64,000 nt of DNA, from assembly GCA_963619155.1 (NCBI GenBank), contig CAVEVN010000013.1:5263-69262 (forward strand), given 5' to 3'. Each line of letters starts with the position of its first letter. The stretch's first letter is position 1. The position numbers and the translations under genes were made by a program. The DNA is from a bacterium. GTDB lineage: Bacteria > Patescibacteriota > Saccharimonadia > Saccharimonadales > Saccharimonadaceae. Below, piece after piece: positions 26,573 to 36,268 of this stretch. Under the pieces are notes generated by a model. It was not told where the DNA came from and did no database searches. It saw only the letters and a program-made list of their open reading frames with translations.

Positions 26573-27274
26573 CTATTTTCCAAAACGACGGTTGCGTTTT
26601 TCGTATTCCGCAATAATTTCGGCAATATCTGCCCCAGTCATTTCCGGAAAATATTTTTTAATAAACATTAGCTCCGCATAAGCCGCCCGCCACAGCATAA
26701 AACCCGAAATCCGCTCCTCCCCAGAGGTGCGCACCACCATGTCCACTGCCGGAATTTCCGGGTGATACAGGTGTCTGCGAATAGTTTCCGGCGTAATTTC
26801 GCCCTCGACCTGGCTTGCAATCGTCGCTGCGTCGGCAATTTCCTGCTCCCCGCCATAATTAAAACAGAATCCGACGGTAATCCCATCGCACTCCGCGGTC
26901 ATCTTTTCGGCCTTTTCAATTGTGCTCGCGAGCTTCACTGGCACTCGCCCGTCTTTAGCCCCGAGCACCAGCAGTCGCCCGTTTTTGTCTACCATTTTTT
27001 TAGCCAGGCGCATGATATGCTTGTCCGCCAGCCTCATCAGATACGAAACTTCTGCCTCGCTCCGCCCCCAGTTTTCCGTCGAGAACACGAAAAAACTCAC
27101 ATAAGGAATTTTTTGTTCCATCGCCGCCTCGATCAGTTCCTCAATTACCTCTAATCCCCGCTGATGCCCTTCTAGCGTCGACAGCCCCCGCTCCTTCGCC
27201 CACCGACGATTTCCGTCTGCGATAATCCCTAAATGTTGTAGTTTTTTCTCTGTATCCATTGACTTTTTCTCCAA
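26573..27274 (-). CDS. uppS: Undecaprenyl (isoprenyl) diphosphate synthase
   Basis: 233 aa. The motifs HLGIIADGNRRWA, FVFSTENW and the C-terminal RRFG are present. Confidence 0.93.
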   Translation of the reverse strand: MEKKSMDTEKKLQHLGIIADGNRRWAKERGLSTLEGHQRGLEVIEELIEAAMEQKIPYVSFFVFSTENWGRSEAEVSYLMRLADKHIMRLAKKMVDKNGRLLVLGAKDGRVPVKLASTIEKAEKMTAECDGITVGFCFNYGGEQEIADAATIASQVEGEITPETIRRHLYHPEIPAVDMVVRTSGEERISGFMLWRAAYAELMFIKKYFPEMTGADIAEIIAEYEKRNRRFGK

Positions 27275-27291
27275 AGTATGATATAATGGAG

Positions 27292-27843
27292 TTATATCTT
27301 CATGATTTCGTCGGATTTGTTCTTAAATTCGGCGTCAATCTTATTGCTAAACTCTTTGGTTAACTCGTCGATTTCTTTTTCGGCTCGTTTTTTAATGTCT
27401 TCGCTCATTTCGTCGGCAATCTTAATCGCCTTGCGCGCATCTTCTCGGACGTTGCGCAAAGCCACCTTAGCCTCTTCGACCTTCCCTGCCGCATTTTTCA
27501 CAATTTCTTTACGTCGTTCCTCGGTCAAGGCCGGAATTGGCACCCGAATCACTCGCCCGTCATCCGCCGGATTTAGCCCCAAAGCCTGATCGGCTCGCAC
27601 CGCGTTCGAAATTGCCGCAATATTCGCTGGGTCAAACGGGGTAATCACTAGCATCGTCGCGTCCGCCGCGGTTACGTTTGCCACTTGGTTTAGCGGCATC
27701 ACCTGTCCATAAACCTCAATTTTCAGCCCTGACAGCATATCTGGATGCGCCCGCCCTGTCCGCAATTTTTTCAGCTCATTTTTGAACCGTTCCATCGCAG
27801 CTTCCATTTTTTTGCGGTCTTCTTTGGTATCAAACATATACAC
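27292..27843 (-). CDS. frr: Ribosome recycling factor
   Basis: 183 aa. The motifs LRTGRAHPDMLSGLKIEVYG and IRVPIPALTEERRKE are present. Confidence 0.95.
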   Translation of the reverse strand: MYMFDTKEDRKKMEAAMERFKNELKKLRTGRAHPDMLSGLKIEVYGQVMPLNQVANVTAADATMLVITPFDPANIAAISNAVRADQALGLNPADDGRVIRVPIPALTEERRKEIVKNAAGKVEEAKVALRNVREDARKAIKIADEMSEDIKKRAEKEIDELTKEFSNKIDAEFKNKSDEIMKI

Positions 27844-27896
27844 TCCTTATTACTATTTTCATTATACCAAAAAACTAGCCCGGAGGCTAGCTTTTG

Positions 27897-28241
27897 TTAT
27901 TTGGTTTCCGTTTCGGTGAGTTTTTCGGCTTTTTTCTCGGCTTCTTTAGCTAATTTCTTTGCCTTGTTCTCAAGCGCAGCTTTCATCTTGGCCGCTTTTT
28001 CGGCGCGCGCCTTAAAGCGATCCACGCGACCTTCCGTATCGATAATCTTCTCTTCACCAGTGAAGAATGGATGCGAAGCCGATGAAATTTGCACCTTGAT
28101 TAACGGATACTCGTTGCCGTCTTCCCATTTGATCGTCTCGTCGCTTTTTGCGGTAGACTTGGTCAAAAAGGCAAAACCAGCTGCTTCGTCGGAAAACACG
28201 ACGTCGCGGTAATCTTTAGGGTGTAACTCTTTTTTACTCAT
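27897..28241 (-). CDS. rpmE: Ribosomal protein L31 (type B-like) with a Lys/Ala/Glu-rich C-terminal tail
   Basis: 114 aa. The motifs [21 protein letters not shown] and DTEGRVDRF are present. About 35 extra charged residues follow. Confidence 0.85.
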   Translation of the reverse strand: MSKKELHPKDYRDVVFSDEAAGFAFLTKSTAKSDETIKWEDGNEYPLIKVQISSASHPFFTGEEKIIDTEGRVDRFKARAEKAAKMKAALENKAKKLAKEAEKKAEKLTETETK

Positions 28242-28341
28242 AATTGTCCCTAATTATATCAAACTTTTTCTAAAAAGTAAACACTCATATCCTAAATCAT
28301 CGCAAGGCGACAGTCAGAAGCCAAATATCGCCTAAAAGCTA

Positions 28342-28866
28342 TCAATGATATAGGTCTCTTTCGAGGCCTATTTTTCTCGCCTCGTCCAGAAGCTCGGAAA
28401 CATACTTGGCTTTCAGGGCTTTATATTTTTTACGCTCGCAACCAGACAACTTGGCAAATTCCTGTTTTTTCTTAAAATATTCTGAAGCTTTATACGGATT
28501 TGCTCTCAAGAAATCCCGCAAAATAATAAAATCTTTAAAAGAATTATCATCTATCGGGCAAATATGGACGTGAAAATCTCCTTCCCCAGTTTCTGCCTGT
28601 TTGCTGGCTAGAAAAATGCGATCTTCATGGGAGTCATTACCTTCAAAATATCCATTTTGGACTAAAAGATCACGGACTTTTCTCATTTCTTCCCTGTTTT
28701 TTACCCCGACCAAAATATCAATTATATTCTTCCCACCAATCCCAACGGCACTACTGCCAACATGTTCAATCTGGACTTCGTTTGGCAAAATAACGGAAAT
28801 CCGCTCTTTCTCTTCCGAAAACCTTTCTGCTAGACTATTAGAATACTCTTTTATCTCAACCGACAT
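28342..28866 (-). CDS. GrpB family protein (nucleotidyltransferase-fold)
   Basis: 174 aa. The motifs IEHVGSSAVGIGGKNIIDILV and HVHI are typical of GrpB/UPF0157. Confidence 0.75.
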   Translation of the reverse strand: MSVEIKEYSNSLAERFSEEKERISVILPNEVQIEHVGSSAVGIGGKNIIDILVGVKNREEMRKVRDLLVQNGYFEGNDSHEDRIFLASKQAETGEGDFHVHICPIDDNSFKDFIILRDFLRANPYKASEYFKKKQEFAKLSGCERKKYKALKAKYVSELLDEARKIGLERDLYH

Positions 28867-28912
28867 ACTATGAGTTATATAACAAAACTATTATAAAATC
28901 AAGCTCCAAGTC

Positions 28913-28941
28913 TTTACTTTTCGCCCCACCTGTGATATAAT
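28913..28941 (+). promoter_or_regulatory. rpsB-tsf promoter
   Basis: TTTACT, a 17-nt spacer ending ctgtga, then TATAAT. The leader to the GTG start at 29058 is about 110 nt. Confidence 0.6.
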
Positions 28942-29057
28942 AGAAGTATATATTAATTTAATGAAACAACTTCTGGGAGGTTTCCTGATCGCGTTTTAGG
29001 CGCCGAAAGCGTTTATCAAGCGGTAGTATTCCTAGAGGTGAAGAGAAAGGAAATATC

Positions 29058-29744
29058 GTGGCAACAACTGTCGATATGAAAGCTCTGCTCGAAGCTGGTG
29101 CGCATTTTGGGCACAAGACGAGCCGTTGGCACCCGAAAATGGCGCCGTACATCCATTCCAAACGGGGTGGTGTTCACATTATCAACCTTGAAAAAACCGT
29201 GGAAGGACTAGAAACTGCCTTGCCAAAACTCACGGAAATTGCCAAATCTGGCAAAAAAGTCCTCTTTGTCGGCACCAAGAAACAAATCAAAGACGTCGTC
29301 AAGGCGACTGCCGAAGAAGTAGATATGCCCTACGTTACTGAACGCTGGGTCGGTGGCACTTTGACTAACGTCGAGACTGTCAACCGCCAAATCAAAAAAC
29401 TAAAAGATTTAGAACGCAAAATGGCCTCGGGTGAACTCGAAAATCGTTATTCGAAGCTCGAAGTGCAACGTTTCCAAGAAGAAATTGATCTCTTGAACGA
29501 ACGCTATGGCGGGATTAAAGATATGACCGAACAACCAGCAGCAATCTTCGTTATCGACGCCAACGAAGAGAAAAATGCAATTAAAGAAGCGAATATCTTG
29601 AACATTCCAGTTTTCGCAATGGTTGACACCAATGTCGATCCGACCGCGATTGACTACGTCATCCCGGCAAACGACGATTCAATTAAGGCGACCACGCTGA
29701 TCTTGGGCTACGTCGCGGAAGCAATTAAAGCAGGTAAAAACTAG
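29058..29744 (+). CDS. rpsB: Ribosomal protein S2
   Basis: 228 aa. The motifs LLEAGAHFGHKTSRWHPKM and FVGTKKQ are present. The start codon is GTG. Confidence 0.96.
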   Translation: MATTVDMKALLEAGAHFGHKTSRWHPKMAPYIHSKRGGVHIINLEKTVEGLETALPKLTEIAKSGKKVLFVGTKKQIKDVVKATAEEVDMPYVTERWVGGTLTNVETVNRQIKKLKDLERKMASGELENRYSKLEVQRFQEEIDLLNERYGGIKDMTEQPAAIFVIDANEEKNAIKEANILNIPVFAMVDTNVDPTAIDYVIPANDDSIKATTLILGYVAEAIKAGKN

Positions 29745-29752
29745 GAGGCAAA

Positions 29753-30349
29753 ATGGCAAAAGCTGAAATCACCATTGAACAAATCAAAAAGCTAAAAGAA
29801 CTTTCTGGCGTAGGCTTGACTGACGCCAAAAAAGCTTTGGTTGAAGCCGAAGGCGACTTTGACAAAGCCCTCGACGCGATGCGCAAAAAAGGTCTAACTA
29901 AGGCCGAAAAACGGGGCGACCGCGAAACTCGCGAAGGGCTCGTTGACGCTTATATTCACGACGGCCGGCTGGGTGCTATCGTCGAAGTTAACTGTGAAAC
30001 TTCCTTCGTCGCCAAAACCGACGAATTCAAAACTTTGGCGCACCAAATCGCCATGCAAATCGCTTCGATGAACCCGCTCTATGTCAGCGAGGAGGATATT
30101 CCAGAAGAAGCTCGTGCGGCTAAGCTCAAAGAGCTCGAGGCGAACTTCCACGGTCCAGAAAACATGAAGGAACAAATCCTAGACGGCCAAATCAAAAAGG
30201 CTTTCGCGGACAAGGTCCTTATGAATCAGCCCTACATTCTGGACGATTCCAAAACTGTGGCGGAGTTCATCAAAGAAGCCATTGCGCGTACTGGCGAGAA
30301 TATCACCATTCGCCAATTCAAGCGTATCGAACTTGGTGTAACCGAATAA
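29753..30349 (+). CDS. tsf: Elongation factor Ts (short form)
   Basis: 198 aa. It has a UBA-like N-terminus (IKKLKELSGVGLTDAKKALVEAEGDFDKAL), and VEVNCETSFVAKTDEF is the EF-Ts signature. Confidence 0.94.
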   Translation: MAKAEITIEQIKKLKELSGVGLTDAKKALVEAEGDFDKALDAMRKKGLTKAEKRGDRETREGLVDAYIHDGRLGAIVEVNCETSFVAKTDEFKTLAHQIAMQIASMNPLYVSEEDIPEEARAAKLKELEANFHGPENMKEQILDGQIKKAFADKVLMNQPYILDDSKTVAEFIKEAIARTGENITIRQFKRIELGVTE

Positions 30350-30363
30350 AACAGTCGTTAAAA

Positions 30364-30397
30364 ATCGGGCACCCTCGCAGCGGCGCCCGATTTTTTG
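30364..30397 (+). terminator. Intrinsic terminator of rpsB-tsf
   Basis: Stem ATCGGGCACC/GGCGCCCGAT (9 of 10 positions paired) with an 8-nt loop, followed by TTTTTT. Confidence 0.85.
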
Positions 30398-30487
30398 TAG
30401 AGCATTTTCTTGGTTCCTGGCCGATACTAACTTTTTTTACAGATCATATCGGCCTAGAGTTGTTTGACTTTGTTTGACCTAGCCGAG

Positions 30488-31411
30488 CTAGCGTCGTTTC
30501 TTAGTCGCCCTAGTTGCCTTGGCCGTCTTTTTCTCACGCTTGCCTATAAGCATCATGGTTCCTGCAATCGCAATCATACTAAAGATCACAATTCCGGTAA
30601 TCAGATAATCGGTTGTAGAGATGTCCATTCCGGCAAACAATCCACCCGTATCTGGAAGTGGGATTTCTTTCGGTCCCTCATATATAATTTTAAGCGTATA
30701 AGTTTGGTAAATTATGTTCCCTTCCCCGTCATAAGTCGTCACAGTAATCACATAAGTTCCTGCCGGCAAATCCGCGTCGCTAAAATCTAGCGTCGTGTCC
30801 GTTTCTGGCGCATAAACCGTGACCGGGCCTAGTCCTGAAACCGGATTACCGTTTTCATCTTTCACCTCGATGACGATTTTTTGTACATCGGTGTTTTCCG
30901 GATCATAATCTAGATGTACCTTGACGTCATGCGTATTGGAATCCTCGGTCGCCGTCGGCTTCACCGGGATATACGAAAAGTGTGTCACTTGTTCGTCGTA
31001 AACCCCGTCCAGTCCCTCGCCTCTGACTGTTAGGGTAAAATCGCCATAGCCATAGAACGATAAATCGCTCGCCAGCGTTTCGCTCCCCGGTTCAAAATCC
31101 GGATTTAGCCCCGTGAGGACGTAAGTATACTCTTCCCCAGCATTATCCGTATAATATAATGTCGCCGTCACCGTGTCCGAATCTTCGTAGTCGAAACTAA
31201 TTTCCTGATTCGGATAGGTAAATTCCGCTCCGTCCGCCGGAGAAATCATAGTAATTTCCGGCGTATTATCTACCACGCGCACAGTAATCGTGTCGGTTAC
31301 GGCCGCGGTAGCTTGTGTGTTCGGCGTCGGCAATAGGGCTGCCACCACCGTCACTATCGCAACGGCGATCAGCCCCAAAAAGCCAACTACTTTTTTGTGT
31401 TTTCTTTTCAT
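30488..31411 (-). CDS. LPXTG-anchored surface protein with Ig-like beta repeats
   Basis: 307 aa. It has a signal peptide, then a C-terminal LPDTG followed by a hydrophobic helix and a KREKKTAKATRATKKRR tail. Confidence 0.8.
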   Translation of the reverse strand: MKRKHKKVVGFLGLIAVAIVTVVAALLPTPNTQATAAVTDTITVRVVDNTPEITMISPADGAEFTYPNQEISFDYEDSDTVTATLYYTDNAGEEYTYVLTGLNPDFEPGSETLASDLSFYGYGDFTLTVRGEGLDGVYDEQVTHFSYIPVKPTATEDSNTHDVKVHLDYDPENTDVQKIVIEVKDENGNPVSGLGPVTVYAPETDTTLDFSDADLPAGTYVITVTTYDGEGNIIYQTYTLKIIYEGPKEIPLPDTGGLFAGMDISTTDYLITGIVIFSMIAIAGTMMLIGKREKKTAKATRATKKRR

Positions 31412-31477
31412 GCTCTACACTCTCTTTTTTATGTTTTATGTTTGTTTCGGTTTTGTAAAAAGTTTTATGTCGCTCGG

Positions 31478-32497
31478 TTAAATCGCAAGCCGAGAACGAC
31501 GCTCTTTACGCTTCCTTACCCCTATTATAGACAAAACGATTATGATTGTCAAGACAATTATGAAAATAATTATGGCTACTGGCGGGATTAGGAAAAACAC
31601 CTGTTCAATCGTTTCGGTGCCCTCTCCGGCAGTCACCGTCCACATCACTTTATAAATGCCAAAACTCGGCGTTTCGGTCCATTCGTCTTCGACTACGCGC
31701 TCCGATTCCGGAATTACCGACGGTGCGCTAGCGTCTTCCGAGGTTTCATAAGAACTAAACCCGATAATCGGCTCGACTTTTAACTTGCCGTAGGCGAAAA
31801 AGTCGACGTTACCAGTGTTTTTAACTTTGGCGGAAGCTTTGAAAGTGTTGCTTTTGGTGGTTTCGGCGTTGCTTTCGGTCGTAGTCTCGGTGTCTCCGCC
31901 TAGAGAAATCTTCATATCTCGAATTTCTGCCGAAACATTGGTTTCGCCCTCGGTCGAATGCCCGTATACAATCATCCCCGCGCTAGCTTCAGCTTGAATG
32001 CCGCTGCCGGTACTGCTCGACATGGTCTGCACAAAAATCACCGCATATTGCCCGCCCGCCGGAATGTTGCTTGGGGTGGTAATTTTGTATTCAATCTCTA
32101 AGGTCTCGCCTTTTGGAATACTAAAAATCGGATTCTCGACATAATTTCCGCTCGCATCTTTGATTGTGATCCAGCGCGAAATCTGGGTAAAATTGTTTTC
32201 TTGGTTAAACCCGAGCTGATATAAATCGGTTTCACTAGAATAAACGTAAGAATACGGCGAAGCATGCACCTCGACCTTAATGTCGTCGGTTCCGTCGTTG
32301 GTGACTTTTAAAGTTCCGTCATAAGTCGATTCTGATTTCAAAATCAAAGTCCGGCTCACCGGCGTCAAAGTTAGGCTCGTGCGCGGCTCTTCTTCCTCGC
32401 CCTCCGCATACACGCTTTGGCTACAGCTTTGACTACACAGCGCGAAGCTAAACACCGCCACTAACCCCACTAAACACACATTGATAATTTTTTTCAT
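31478..32497 (-). CDS. Secreted cell-surface protein with C-terminal TM anchor (DUF916/DUF3324-like)
   Basis: 339 aa. It has a signal peptide, a beta-rich body (TLTPVSRTLILKSESTYDGTLKVTNDG), and a C-terminal TM helix followed by an RKRKERR tail. The family call is from memory and tentative. Confidence 0.6.
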   Translation of the reverse strand: MKKIINVCLVGLVAVFSFALCSQSCSQSVYAEGEEEEPRTSLTLTPVSRTLILKSESTYDGTLKVTNDGTDDIKVEVHASPYSYVYSSETDLYQLGFNQENNFTQISRWITIKDASGNYVENPIFSIPKGETLEIEYKITTPSNIPAGGQYAVIFVQTMSSSTGSGIQAEASAGMIVYGHSTEGETNVSAEIRDMKISLGGDTETTTESNAETTKSNTFKASAKVKNTGNVDFFAYGKLKVEPIIGFSSYETSEDASAPSVIPESERVVEDEWTETPSFGIYKVMWTVTAGEGTETIEQVFFLIPPVAIIIFIIVLTIIIVLSIIGVRKRKERRSRLAI

Positions 32498-32558
32498 TTA
32501 CCTCCTCGTTTGTTTAATTATAGCATGACAAGTTCAAAAATGCTATAATTATATTATT

Positions 32559-33638
32559 ATGGTGTATTTAGATTATGCGGCCACGACGCCGATGTTGCCA
32601 GATGTGCTATTGACGATGACGCATGCTCACATGAATTTGTCTGCGAACGCTTCGGCTCTGCATACGCCGGGACACCGTGCGTTGAATGAAATTGAACACA
32701 CGCGCGAACTGCTGGCGACCGCTATCGGCGCGAAGCCGTCGGAAATTATTTTCACATCCGGCGCTAGCGAGTCTAACAATACCGTCATTCGCACTTTCGC
32801 GGGCCACATGATCGAAACTTCCCCGCTCGAACATCATTCCATTCTTGAGCCGACCAAACAATTCGCCGGCAAAAAGACTCCCAAGCTATATTCGTACATG
32901 TTGGCGAACAACGAGACCGGCGAAATTCTAGATCTGAGCAAAATCGTCGAGCAGGCCCGTGCCGAAAATGCCTATGTTCACTCCGACCTAACGCAGGTGC
33001 TCGGCAAACTTCCGTTCAATGTGCACGAACTCGGCTTAGATTACGCCACTGTTAGCGCGCACAAAATCGGCGGTCCGGCTGGGGTGGGAGCGCTCTACGT
33101 TCGCGACGGCGCGCCGTTCTCGCCCCTGATAATTGGCGGCAATCAAGAGCACAAGCGTCGGGGCGGCACTTATAATACTGCCGGTATCGCGGGCTTTGGC
33201 ACGGCTCTTGAAATCATGCTGAAGAAGCAAACCTGGCAAAAGTTCGACCGTAATGTCCGCTCTCTTCGCGACGACCTAGCTCGCCGGCTCATACGAAAAA
33301 TTCCAGGTTGTAGCTTAAACACCGATATCGCGCCTGGCCGATCTTTGCCGAATATTCTCAATGTGTCGTTTCGGGCGGCCGAGGGTGAGTCGATTCAGCT
33401 CTATCTCGACGCCAAAGGCATCATTGTCTCGACCGGTTCGGCCTGTGCCGCTGGCGATACCAAGCCAAGTCATGTCCTAATGGCGAAAACCGGCGACGCC
33501 GAAGTCGCGCATTCTTCGATTCGGTTCTCGTTCGGCCTAGACAATACTCGGGCCGATGTCGACAAAGTAATGACGGTTTTGCCACCAATTGTAAAGTATT
33601 TACAACAGATCAGCACTATTAATCCGGAGGATAAATAA
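32559..33638 (+). CDS. Cysteine desulfurase (class V aminotransferase, NifS/IscS-like)
   Basis: 359 aa. SAHKIGGP contains the PLP lysine and STGSACAAG contains the catalytic Cys. Its stop overlaps the start of the next gene (ATAATG). Confidence 0.9.
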   Translation: MVYLDYAATTPMLPDVLLTMTHAHMNLSANASALHTPGHRALNEIEHTRELLATAIGAKPSEIIFTSGASESNNTVIRTFAGHMIETSPLEHHSILEPTKQFAGKKTPKLYSYMLANNETGEILDLSKIVEQARAENAYVHSDLTQVLGKLPFNVHELGLDYATVSAHKIGGPAGVGALYVRDGAPFSPLIIGGNQEHKRRGGTYNTAGIAGFGTALEIMLKKQTWQKFDRNVRSLRDDLARRLIRKIPGCSLNTDIAPGRSLPNILNVSFRAAEGESIQLYLDAKGIIVSTGSACAAGDTKPSHVLMAKTGDAEVAHSSIRFSFGLDNTRADVDKVMTVLPPIVKYLQQISTINPEDK

Positions 33639-34045
33639 TGGAAAACGAAGATTGGGTTTATTCGGAAAAGGTCAAAGAACATTTCCTACGTCCGCGCAAT
33701 TTTCTCATGGGCGACGAAAGCAAATTTGACTACGACGCGGTCGGTCAAGTCGGCAATCCGATTTGTGGCGATCAAATGAAAATGTATATCAAAGTAAAAG
33801 ACGGTCGAATTGTCGATTTACGTTGGAAAACTTACGGTTGCGCCTCGGCCATCGCCTCAACCTCGGCCCTGTCCGAACTCGCCAAGGGTAAAACTCTGGA
33901 CGACGCCCTAAATATCACCGCCCACGATATCGACGACTACCTCGGCAACCTCCCCAAACACAAATTCCACTGCTCCGTCCTCGGCCACGAAGCCCTCGCC
34001 GACGCGATTAAAAACTACCGTGAAAAAGCAGTAAAAACTAAATAG
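33638..34045 (+). CDS. Fe-S cluster scaffold protein (IscU/NifU N-terminal type)
   Basis: 135 aa. Three conserved Cys contexts are present: GNPICGD, YGCASAIAS and HCSVLGHEAL. Confidence 0.9.
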   Translation: MENEDWVYSEKVKEHFLRPRNFLMGDESKFDYDAVGQVGNPICGDQMKMYIKVKDGRIVDLRWKTYGCASAIASTSALSELAKGKTLDDALNITAHDIDDYLGNLPKHKFHCSVLGHEALADAIKNYREKAVKTK

Positions 34046-34170
34046 TCAAAAGACTAAATAGCTAGGCAACCATGCAACGCCCCATTCGCTACCGCCCTTG
34101 TCTCAGCCGTTGCATGCTAGATATTCTTGATACACAAAAAACGCCCCCACGGGCAAGCAAACTCAAAATC

Positions 34171-34262
34171 TGGTGCGCGCGACTGGACTTGAACCAGCAC
34201 AGCCGTAAATGTGGCCACTACCACCTCAAGGTAGCGTGTCTACCAATTCCACCACGCGCGCC
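34171..34262 (-). tRNA. tRNA-Leu (anticodon GAG) with encoded CCA
   Basis: The reverse complement folds as a cloverleaf. The acceptor stem is GCGCGCG/CGCGCGC and the anticodon stem is CTACC/GGTAG with loop TTGAGGT. It has a long variable arm, a T-arm with GGTTCAAGTCC, and a 3' ACCA. The ends are accurate to about 1 nt. Confidence 0.9.
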
Positions 34263-34291
34263 TAACACTATTATAACACAAAAATCCAAGT

Positions 34292-36025
34292 TTAGGGAGT
34301 TTTATTTTTGGTCGTTTTGCTCACCGCCCAGTCCGCCACGTCGCCAAACCGGTCAATCGCAGTCACGAGGCGCACATCATTGCTAAATGTCCGCACATTA
34401 CGATTATAAAAATAAGTCAAATTCGCGCGATACAGCCCAATCGCCGGTACATCGCTCACCCAGTATTCCAAAAAAGTCCGATATTTCTTCGCTCGTAATT
34501 CGTCATTCACCGTATTTTGTGCCCCCAGCAACAAATCGTCGGCCAACGAATTCTTGTAATTCGACAAATTTAAGCCCGCGCTCGCCACCTGCGACGAGTG
34601 ATAATACGGTAGCAAATCCGGCTCGGCGCCAAGCTCCACCTCGTAAACCAAAATATCATAACTACGCTGCACAATTACATTGTTGATAAATTCCTGATTT
34701 TCATTATAAACCGAAACATTTACTTCAAATCCCAGCGCCTCAAGGTCGCTCGCGAGTGCCTGCGTCACCTCCGGCAAAAAGTCCGTTTCCACCGTCGCAA
34801 TGTCTAGATGTTTTTTCTCACCACCGCTAAGCTCCGCAATTTTAGCCTTGGCAGTTTCGAAATCTCGCTCTGGCAAAGTCGGATAACTGCCGAGATCAAT
34901 CTGGGAACTAAGCAACGGGAAATCTAGCGCCTCGGTATCCTTTGCCTCGGCCCGAGCTTTTTCAAGATCAATTCCCTGCCGAATCGCTCGGCGCATCTCT
35001 TTAGAACTAACCGTCTGTCGCGAAGTATTGAAAAATATAAACGCTCCTGTGTTTAGTCCTGCACTCCGTTGATTAAACTGCGCGTTACTCACTTTTGCAA
35101 TATCCGCCCCCGATAGCTCCGCCGTCGCCGTCACCGTTCCTGCATTCACCGCATTCATAACTTCGTTTTTATCAGCATAAGTATGCACCGCAAAAGTGCT
35201 AACGAGGGGCTTCCCCGCAAAATATTCACTGTTCGCCGACAGATAAAACACCTTTTCACTGTTAGAATTAGTCTGCATCGCATTAAACGTAAACGCCCCC
35301 GAAGTCACCGGTGCGTTCGAAAAACTATGTTCGATCAGATTTTGAGGCTCAGTTTCCCCAAGAATATGTTTTGGCACAATCGGAAAATTCAGCGCTGACA
35401 TAAAATCCGCATACGGCGACGCCAGGGTAAACACAATTTCCCCATTTTCATTCTCCGTCACCTTGACATTCGTCAGGTTTGTGTCATAGATTGTATTCGC
35501 CAGCGGATTTTTGAGCAGCCCCGCCGTAAACAGCACATCTTCGTTGGTAATCGGCTCGCCGTCAGACCATTTTAGCCCCTCGCGCAGTTTAATCGTCCAT
35601 TCTTTCCCGTCCGCAGACGAGCGCACCGTCTCCGCGAGTTCGGCCTTAATATGCCCCGACCTATCTACCGCCGTCAGTGTCGCAAACATCAACCTGCTCA
35701 GCACTTTTTCGCTGTTAGTCGTTGCAAACAGCGGGTTCATGGAATTGACTTCGCCCACCGTCGCCTCGGTATAAGTCCCGCCCGTGGTATAAGTGTCCGC
35801 CGCATAAGAATCACCAAACCAAAACGCCTGCGTCAGCGCCAACATAATCAGTGCGCTAACCAGCAAACACCATTCCAAAATGAGTAGTCGCACATTGCGC
35901 GCATTCATCAATCGGTCAACAAAATTCCGCCGAATCCGTTCGCTACTTTTAGCGCCAGCCTCCATCGTTAACTGCGAAAACTTGCGTAATAATTTTTGCC
36001 CACTCTTTTTTAAAGATTTTGCCAT
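34292..36025 (-). CDS. ABC-transporter family-5 (peptide/nickel type) substrate-binding protein, membrane anchored, orphan
   Basis: 577 aa with an N-terminal TM helix. The size and segments such as WSDGEPITNEDVLFT fit SBP_bac_5. There are no adjacent permease or ATPase genes. Confidence 0.7.
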   Translation of the reverse strand: MAKSLKKSGQKLLRKFSQLTMEAGAKSSERIRRNFVDRLMNARNVRLLILEWCLLVSALIMLALTQAFWFGDSYAADTYTTGGTYTEATVGEVNSMNPLFATTNSEKVLSRLMFATLTAVDRSGHIKAELAETVRSSADGKEWTIKLREGLKWSDGEPITNEDVLFTAGLLKNPLANTIYDTNLTNVKVTENENGEIVFTLASPYADFMSALNFPIVPKHILGETEPQNLIEHSFSNAPVTSGAFTFNAMQTNSNSEKVFYLSANSEYFAGKPLVSTFAVHTYADKNEVMNAVNAGTVTATAELSGADIAKVSNAQFNQRSAGLNTGAFIFFNTSRQTVSSKEMRRAIRQGIDLEKARAEAKDTEALDFPLLSSQIDLGSYPTLPERDFETAKAKIAELSGGEKKHLDIATVETDFLPEVTQALASDLEALGFEVNVSVYNENQEFINNVIVQRSYDILVYEVELGAEPDLLPYYHSSQVASAGLNLSNYKNSLADDLLLGAQNTVNDELRAKKYRTFLEYWVSDVPAIGLYRANLTYFYNRNVRTFSNDVRLVTAIDRFGDVADWAVSKTTKNKTP

Positions 36026-36026
36026 G

Positions 36027-36260
36027 TTATGCAGGAATAATTAATAGTCCTAGAATTGATACCACGAACACCACCGTCGTAACAATCGTCGTGACAAATA
36101 ATGATTTTTCGAGTCCCCGCCGAGTCGTGTAAAGTTCGCTGGAGCTCCCCGAGCCGGCTCCGAGCGTCGCCCCGCGTTGTTGCAACAAAATCAACAAAAT
36201 CGTTAGCACCGCTGAAATAAAGACTACTACTTCAAAGAAATTTCCTACATTCATAATCAC
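36027..36260 (-). CDS. secG: Preprotein translocase subunit SecG
   Basis: 77 aa with two TM helices. LLILLQQRGATLGAGSGS is the SecG signature. Confidence 0.85.
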   Translation of the reverse strand: MIMNVGNFFEVVVFISAVLTILLILLQQRGATLGAGSGSSSELYTTRRGLEKSLFVTTIVTTVVFVVSILGLLIIPA

Positions 36261-36268
36261 TCCTACAG

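Noticed and set aside
28958-29057. The roughly 110-nt rpsB leader considered as a possible S2 autoregulatory RNA.
   Set aside because: I could not find a convincing conserved helix by eye and I do not remember the motif consensus well enough. It would need an Rfam scan.
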